Origin: Octopus sinensis
Lineage: Eukaryota
Reading direction: 5' to 3'
Length of the DNA: 64,000 nucleotides
Assembly (NCBI RefSeq): GCF_006345805.1
Contig: NC_043009.1
Coordinates: 56,234,001 to 56,298,000 of the forward strand
Shown: positions 57,501 to 64,000 of the stretch, one piece after another
Numbering within the stretch: position 1 is the first letter of the stretch
Layout: each line of letters begins with the position of its first letter
Program-made: the position numbers and the translations under genes
Notes under the pieces: model-generated
Seen by the model: only the letters and a program-made list of their open reading frames with translations
What the model was told of the DNA's origin: nothing
Databases searched by the model: none

Positions 57501-60500
57501 AGATATCAGTCAAATACTGAGGTTGATAATATCAACTAATTCTCTCTTTGCAAAATTTCTGACCTTGTACCTAAATCAGAAACAATTATTGTTGTTGCTC
57601 TTTATGAACCACTCGTAATAATTTAGGTCTTTGTAATTTTAACAAAGTCCAGGTGAAATATTTCTTTCAGAAGCTAACCTTGCTTCTCAAACATTAATTT
57701 TTTTTTTTTGACTAATCACCAACTTGTGTTATTACAGATCGGTTCATGTTGAGTGTAACATAGTTATCCCGGATCTGTGATGAATGAGTTAGAGATAAAC
57801 AAGGATCATCATCATCATCATCTAATGTCCACTTTCCATGCTGGCATGGGTTGGACGGTTTGACTGAGGACTGGCAAGCCAGAAGGCTGCACCGGGCTCC
57901 AATCTGATCTAGCAAGGTTTCTACAGCTGGATACCCTTCCGAACACCAACCACTTTGAAAGTGTAGTAGGTGCTTTTTATGTGCCATCGGCATGAGGACA
58001 GTCAGACAATACTGGCATCGATCACACTCAAATGGTGCTTTTTACATGCCACCAGCACTGGAGCCAGTCAAGTGGCACTGGCAATGACCACACTCAAATG
58101 GTCCTTTTTACGTGCCACTGACACATTGTAATTAGAGGATAGATGTATTTTAAAGTTACATTTCAACTATTTATATTTATACAATGGAGCTAATCTAAAG
58201 ATATGTATGTGTGAATTATTATTTTGTATTTCAATGAATTATGAATAATAAATAAAATTATATGAAAATTTTCTGTAATTATTATAAATATTTTCTTAAC
58301 CTTAATCCTCTTTGTTATCGTATTTCTTTTGAAATATGCTACATTTAGTTCATTTAAATTTGAAAGAAAATAATGAAGACTTTAGTAAAATAACTTGGTT
58401 GTTATTAAGCTGGTGTTTGAAACATGAAATTTTTATGGAAGGTTTTAATTTCAATTACTTCAGAACAGGAAATTTGTACCATAGAACTTGGGGCAGTCTT
58501 GAGTGGGTTACTATTGAAAGAGTTAAATACAGTTTGTGAATTTTTTTAAAATATATTCTATGAAATTCCTCCAGTCTGTAATTATTTCCATTTTTAATGA
58601 AATGTTTCACTTCATAAAATGTTTAATTAATTAATATGTCACAGGTTGTGTCATGCTGATGATTTCTAAAAAGAATGAAATAGTATCAGGGGGATGGGTT
58701 GATAGATTAAGTAGAAGTTGCATACTGGGGTCAATCTAATCAACTGACCCCCCTCCCCCAAAATTTCAGGCCTTATGCCTAGAGTAAAAAAGAATGTATG
58801 TTTGTAAAATAATAATATTACACTTATTGCATATGTTTAAGCTTAAAGGCACTGTTTAACCCTGTGGTTGTTTTGACAGGCAAGAGCTAGAAGAAATACA
58901 GAAAACTGTCAGCAAACAACGAGAAAAATACCAGCACAATGTTAATACAAAAGTGTATATGGCATCACTCCGTTCCTTTCATGTGAATACTAGTTTTGTA
59001 CTAAATAAAGATGATGCCAGTTACCAGTTGAGTATAGAACTGCAAATACCCATTGAAAATATCCTTATACAGGTACATCATTTTTAAAGAATTTTATTTA
59101 GTATTGGTTTCCATTGTATTACTCTATTTTGAATCACCATCTTCAAAAAATTACAAATATAATTACATGGGGCAGTATATATTGAAACTAGATGCTGTGT
59201 GGTCAAGAAGTTTGCTTCCAAACCATGTGGAATCAGGTTCAGCCCTACTGCATAGTACCTTGGGCAAGTGTCTTCTACTATAGCCCCAGACTGATCATAG
59301 CTCTGTCAGTGGATTTGGTAGTCAGAAACTGAAAGAAGCCTAAGGTGACGAGCTGGCAGAAACGTTAGCACACTGAGTGAAATGCTTAGTGGTGTTTCAT
59401 CTGCTGCTATGTTTTGAGTTCAAATTCCACTAAGGTCAACTTTGCCTTTCTTTCTTTCAGGGTCGATTAAATAAGTACCAGCTATGCACTGGGGTCGATG
59501 TAATCGACTTAATCCGTTTGTCTGTCCTTGTTTTCCCCCTCTGTGTGTAGCCCCTTGTGGGCAGTAAAGAAATAAGAAACTGAAAGAAGCCTGTTATCTG
59601 TGTGTGTTTTTGCCTTGACATCATACTGTAGTTATGAGTTTCATTGTTATAACATGCAGTGTCTTTTGTTTCCAGTCATCTGTGAAAACTTTCAGCCATA
59701 GGGAAATGTTACACTCCTAGGAAACAGATAAAGACTGACAACAGGAAGTGCATCCAGCCATAGAAAATCTGCCTCAATGAATTCTGTTGACAAAGAGAAA
59801 AGAAAAAAACAAAAGAAAAAATTAAGGATGAAATTAGCCAAAGGAAAACCACTTAACACACACAGATTCAGATTTTCTGTAAAAATTCCAATGAAAGGCA
59901 CCAACTTCTTCCTTACAAAGAAATTCTCCAACATAGTTGACATTGCTCATAATTATATTACATGAGTTGTCAGCCCAAAAGACATCTAAAATGTCAACCC
60001 AAGGCTAGGAGTAGAAAAACCCTCCTTGTCACTTTGCAGCTATCCATTCCCTTATTCCAACATATCTCTTATGATTTCTTCTTTGTACATTCTAATCTAT
60101 TAATGGTTTCCTATAAAAGCTAAAGCCATTTTGTTTGTATAACAGAGCTAGGTGTTTCAAACTTGGCATCTACTTTTCCACTAATTGAGTAAAATATGTT
60201 CTCAAGTTATAGAAGAGTATGAGTGTACAAGAAGACTCTGAGAATAGTATAAGTGTTTGCTGAGAGTGTTCCAGTCATCTATTGATGATTTTATTATGGT
60301 CACCTTCTAATTAATTAACCTCTCAACTGTGAAATTAAATTTCATGGTTATTCTGGTAATGATGTTAAATATCTACCAAAAAATAGAATTGATATTTTCT
60401 GCAAGTCTTGTAGTCTCAATGAATTTGACATATTTCAACAAAATATAGTATCAAACATAAATTCCTCAACAGAAGTTAGATTTGTATATAAAACTGCTTT

Positions 60501-63250
60501 CTGCTGTTAAGGATAATTAAATTTTGAGTGAACATATCTGGCTCCTGCAGTAAAAGGGTTAAAGATTTAATGTAGAGGAAGTTTGAGTTGTTTTTGATAT
60601 GACATAATGAAAAATTCATATTTTTATTTATTTGTATTATTTTTTCAGAGTGATGTTCCTGTGTATATGATTGATGTTGATAAAAATTTATCTGTTGCTA
60701 GCTTTAGTGCCTGTAACCCTCAGGTAAAGCTATAAACATTTTAATTGTTATCTGAATAAAAAATGAAACATTTTTCCCCCATGATCTAAATTTCTTTATC
60801 AATTTTTAATTATTTAATTCCAACAATATTACTTATATATTTTTCCATAACAAAAGAAATCAAAATTGAGTGCTCATTTTTTTTTTTTTTTTTATTAAAT
60901 GCTTTTCATATTGTGACAGTGTATTAAATAATTAGTTACCACCAGTTAAAATGCTTAGCAGCATTTCTCTACATACTCAGTTCAAATACTGCCAAGGTGA
61001 ACTTTGTCTTTCATCCTTGTGTCATTAAAATAACACCCCAATAGAGCACTGGGGTTTGATGTCATCAACTAACCCCTCACCCCCTATTAAAATTGCTGGT
61101 TTTTTGCCAAAATTGAAATCATTATTTCATGTAACTACAACTTATTTTTATCTTAAATTACATGCTTCAGTGTGTTCATTACATTTCTAATGATTTATTT
61201 TGCTATTTCTTTTCACAACAGGATGGTAACTGTCTGTTGGCTACGTACCGATGCCAGTCAAATACAACTCGTATTGACTTAAAAGTCCGTACCATCGAAG
61301 GTCAACATGGAACGTTACAGGCGTACATCACACCTCGTACCCAGCCCAAAACCTGTCAGATAAAACAGTTTCAAATTAAACCTTTATCATTACACACCAG
61401 AACACATTCTTTTGATTCAGCAAGGTATTTCCATTTCCTTTTATGTACTTACAACAACGCATGCATATTTAAGTATTATGTTTTTGCTCATACACACACA
61501 CACACACACACACTCATAAATATATATCTAATAAGTGCAAGCATTGCCTTTATGACTAAGAAGTTTCTTTCTGAGCCATGTGTTGGGGATTCAGTCTCAC
61601 TGTATGAATGTTATCAACCCTATACCTTGTGAGTGTAATTAGTAGACAGAAATTAAAGAAGTCTGTCTTGCATATACATATGTATGTATGTATGCATGCA
61701 TGTCTGCATGTATGGACAGGTGGATGGTCAGACAGACAGATGGATGGAAGTTCAATATCACTGCACCACACCTTGGGCAAGTATCTTCTACTACAGCTCT
61801 AAGCCAACCAAAGCCTTGTGGGTAGATTTGATAGATGTACGCATGCACACACACCCAAACACATACACATATATACAATGTGCTTCTTTCAGTTTCCATA
61901 CACACACACATATAGGTACATGTAGACAGATGCATGTAGATATACATACATATATATATATATATGCTTGTGTGTATGAATGTGTGTGTGTGTATGTATG
62001 TATGTATTTATGCGTGTATATCTACATGTGTCAATCTTTGTTTTTGTGTTTTTCCTCCACCACTGCTTGCAATCACTGTTGCTTTGTTAACATCCCCGTA
62101 ACCTAGTGGTTTGGCAAAAGAGCCCAATAGGATAAGTACTGGGGATCAATTACTTCAGCTAAACCCATCAAGGTGGTGCCCCAGCATGGCCACAGTGATT
62201 GAAACAAGTAAAAGATAAACAGATTAATTGTTTATACATTTATAATTTGGCAATTTTGTAAAACAGGTTTTGTTTTGTCTCATTTAAAGGCCATTTAATT
62301 CTTTGAAATTGAAAGGTCAGTTTAGCTTTATGGAAGCCCATTCTTGGGGGAGTTCTTGCCTACCAGAATTTCCTGAAAAGCCTCCAATGGAAGAGACTGC
62401 TGTTCACTATTTCATCTCTGCTTTTCAACAAACAATGCTGGAATGTTCTTACAGGTCAGAACAATTGATATATTTATTTGCATTATTAAGATTATTTTTC
62501 AACTAAATTTTTGTTTTTCAGAAAAATAAGGTTAATCCATAAGGTTCAGCCATGATTCAGTGTGCCATGAAAAGAATTTGAGTTTTACCATTTTGATATC
62601 CAACGACTGTACTCAGAGACTGCAATGCATCCCGTTACTTGTATGCTTCGAGAGAATCAGCTCAGTCTGTTTCATCATGTTGCTTGGTTTTCTTAGATCA
62701 CGCTTACTGTGTTCTCTTCCTTGAGGATGTCACTCAGGTGATGGTTTGTGTTAGTTGACCTCATGCCACATGGTCGTGGTGGTTGAGGAAGTGTAAAGAT
62801 GGAGTCTGACTGCAACACTGCTCAGAGGGTTGCCTGGGACAACCCAAGCAAATACTAACTAGTGGTAAATGCAGTGACGTGCTGAAACAGTGCCTACCCC
62901 TGTACCTGATCTGACATTTTGGTATATCAGATTGAGTAAGCAACATTTTGAACCGTGAAGAATTTGTACTGGATTTTTGTAGAGTTATAGCCCCAGGATG
63001 CATACTGACTTCCACAACTGAAATGTAAACACCAAATTGGGAAAATGAATCACTAAATAGAAAATTTAAATTACCAAATTAACTAACAATGAAAAGTATG
63101 TATTCATTTATTTATTTATTTGTTTATTTATTCATTGCAGTAAAGGAGAAATATTATTTCGTTCTGAAAATATCTCAACTATTTCTATCTTGAAAGATTT
63201 CATTACAACAGAAGCAACTAAAAAGAAAATTCATCTCACCATTACATGTG
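43790..63250 (+). CDS. BBS7: Bardet-Biedl syndrome 7 protein (BBSome subunit), 3'-partial, 16 exons in window
   Basis: Exons 43790-43825, 47444-47503, 48117-48179, 48421-48596, 48937-49123, 49549-49621, 49812-49878, 51187-51236, 52005-52135, 54314-54398, 55788-55887, 58880-59072, 60649-60723, 61222-61424, 62290-62454, 63141-63250. All GT-AG, phases consistent, 1774 nt. Colinear with remembered BBS7 motifs ([87 protein letters not shown]). Confidence 0.95.
44700..44919 (+). mobile_element. SINE family B with 16-bp TSD
   Basis: TSD aatattctgcaagaac at 44684-44699 and 44920-44935. Confidence 0.88.
45190..45390 (-). mobile_element. RTE-type LINE RT fragment
   Basis: [27 protein letters not shown] resembles the IKxMKxGKAPGPSGIxAEMLK motif. 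Confidence 0.6.
45394..45472. repeat. (CT)n microsatellite
   Basis: Perfect dinucleotide run. Confidence 0.95.
45828..46190 (-). mobile_element. Head-to-tail dimer of SINE family B
   Basis: Two tandem reverse-complement bodies joined at gacaaaatacc|tatttctttac. Confidence 0.7.
47444..47503 (+). CDS. BBS7: BBS7 exon 2
   Basis: [24 protein letters not shown]. Confidence 0.88.
47530..47756. mobile_element. TTAA-flanked MITE (CCTTTTGATACC family)
   Basis: ttaactcttttgatacc ... ggtaacaaaaggattaa. Related degenerate copies near 18450-18664 and 58300-58525; boundaries approximate. Confidence 0.6.
48117..48179 (+). CDS. BBS7: BBS7 exon 3
   Basis: [25 protein letters not shown]. Confidence 0.9.
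48421..48596 (+). CDS. BBS7: BBS7 exon 4
   Basis: [35 protein letters not shown]. Confidence 0.93.
48937..49123 (+). CDS. BBS7: BBS7 exon 5
   Basis: [41 protein letters not shown]. Confidence 0.92.
49549..49621 (+). CDS. BBS7: BBS7 exon 6
   Basis: [24 protein letters not shown]. Confidence 0.88.
49812..49878 (+). CDS. BBS7: BBS7 exon 7
   Basis: [21 protein letters not shown]. Confidence 0.88.
50035..50265. mobile_element. Tigger/pogo-like MITE
   Basis: ta|CAGTGATTCCT ... GAGTGATTACTG|ta termini. Confidence 0.55.
50470..50986 (+). mobile_element. Retroposon family C with modular array
   Basis: Same A-B-A-B-C unit order as the 7248 copy. Confidence 0.8.
50988..51052. repeat. (TTGC)n microsatellite
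   Basis: Perfect tetranucleotide run at the tail of a family C element. Confidence 0.95.
51187..51236 (+). CDS. BBS7: BBS7 exon 8
   Basis: [16 protein letters not shown], 50 nt, phase 2/1. Confidence 0.85.
52005..52135 (+). CDS. BBS7: BBS7 exon 9
   Basis: [32 protein letters not shown]. Confidence 0.93.
52339..53140. mobile_element. Fold-back/TIR element with ~55-bp inverted ends built of ~15-bp subrepeats
   Basis: aggtaaattccaccatggaaaattccacc...cataggttaaattc is the reverse complement of gatttcacctatgg...gtggtggaatttacct. Confidence 0.55.
54314..54398 (+). CDS. BBS7: BBS7 exon 10
   Basis: [28 protein letters not shown]. Confidence 0.92.
54675..54740 (+). mobile_element. RTE-type endonuclease fragment
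   Basis: [20 protein letters not shown] resembles the ISAYAPQxG..EKDxFY motif. Confidence 0.5.
54735..55001 (-). mobile_element. CR1/L2/Jockey-clade LINE remnant (post-RT region)
   Basis: [34 protein letters not shown] matches the LYKxxIRPxLEYCxxxW..LxxIQxRAxRLI motif. Confidence 0.7.
55169..55559 (+). mobile_element. SINE family A
   Basis: Full-length copy. Confidence 0.85.
55788..55887 (+). CDS. BBS7: BBS7 exon 11
   Basis: [23 protein letters not shown]. Confidence 0.88.
57805..58125 (-). mobile_element. Retroposon family C
   Basis: Reverse-complement copy. Confidence 0.75.
58880..59072 (+). CDS. BBS7: BBS7 exon 12
   Basis: [38 protein letters not shown]. Confidence 0.93.
59341..59574 (+). 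mobile_element. SINE family B inserted in a family A SINE, 17-bp TSD
   Basis: TSD agaaactgaaagaagcc at 59324-59340 and 59575-59591. Confidence 0.85.
60649..60723 (+). CDS. BBS7: BBS7 exon 13
   Basis: [25 protein letters not shown]. Confidence 0.92.
61222..61424 (+). CDS. BBS7: BBS7 exon 14
   Basis: [50 protein letters not shown]. Confidence 0.95.
62290..62454 (+). CDS. BBS7: BBS7 exon 15
   Basis: [34 protein letters not shown]. Confidence 0.93.
63141..63250 (+). CDS. BBS7: BBS7 exon 16
   Basis: [36 protein letters not shown]|gtaagt. Confidence 0.93.
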
Positions 63251-63485
63251 GTAAGTTTGTATGATTGTTTTTTTGTTTTACATTTTTTCCATAGTGGCAT
63301 AGGTTAGATGAATACATCAAGACATTATTTTGTCATTAGATGAATATATCAAGACATTATTTTGTAACCATATGCCCCATCTGTTGTTAACTCTTGCCTG
63401 TTTTTAAAGAAAGGTAGTTTACTTTCCAGTTACCTTCAAAACTTCAGAGTTTGTAGACAACTTTGTTGGCAGAGAAATGCCAATA

Positions 63486-63897
63486 GGCATAGGAGTTGCT
63501 GTGTGGTAAGTAGCTTGCTTACCAACTACATGGTTCCGGGTTCAGTCCCACTGCATGGCACCTTGGGCAAGTGTCTTCTACTATAGCCTCGGGCCGACCA
63601 AAGCCTTGTGAGTGGATTTGGTAGATGGAAACTGAAAGAAGCCCGTTGTATATATGTGTATATATATATATGTGTATGTATGTGTGTTTGTGTATGTTTG
63701 TGTGTCTGTGTTTGTCCCCCCAACATCGCTTGACAACCAATGCTGGTGTGTTTACGCCCCCGTAACTTAGCAGTTCAGCAAAACAGACCGATAGAATAAG
63801 TACTAGGCTTACAAAATATAAGTCCTGGGGTCAACTAACGGCGGTGCTCCAGCATGGCCACAGTCAAATGATTGAAACAAGTAAAAGAGTAAAAGAG
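63486..63897 (+). mobile_element. SINE family A
   Basis: Full-length copy. Confidence 0.85.
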
Positions 63898-64000
63898 ATG
63901 TTACTGTCCATAGTTCAGTGATTTTTTTTTAAATGCAAAACACAGAAGATAAGCATTTATGCAGTTACACACACACTGCTTCAACAAACTCCATCTGAGC

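Overview
Eukaryotic, AT-rich, repeat-dense genomic DNA. The SINE/retroposon content and gene set point to a coleoid cephalopod, probably Octopus; this is inference, not a database result. I assembled three genes by hand from GT-AG exons whose phases match throughout. (1) The 3' ~990 codons of a VEGF-receptor-type tyrosine kinase (+ strand, 20 exons, 242-28251): Ig domains 4-7, transmembrane segment, split kinase and a long tyrosine-rich tail. (2) MED7 (- strand, 2 coding exons, 37162-39628). (3) The first 16 exons of BBS7 (+ strand, 43790-63250, continuing past the window), head-to-head with MED7. Introns carry at least four SINE/retroposon families, piggyBac-type TTAA MITEs, a non-autonomous Helitron with a nested piggyBac derivative, mariner/Tc1 and LINE remnants, and minisatellites. 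The least expected signals are: several decayed type-I hammerhead-ribozyme motifs of the Penelope-associated kind, some inside inverted repeats; a ~750-nt fold-back just downstream of a kinase exon; a frame-preserving 30-nt VEGFR micro-exon carrying an N-glycosylation sequon; a retroposon family with modular hairpin arrays; and a 44-bp-arm hairpin in the MED7/BBS7 intergenic region. I found no CRISPR array, rRNA or true tRNA gene, and no demonstrably new biological system. All novelty claims are hypotheses.
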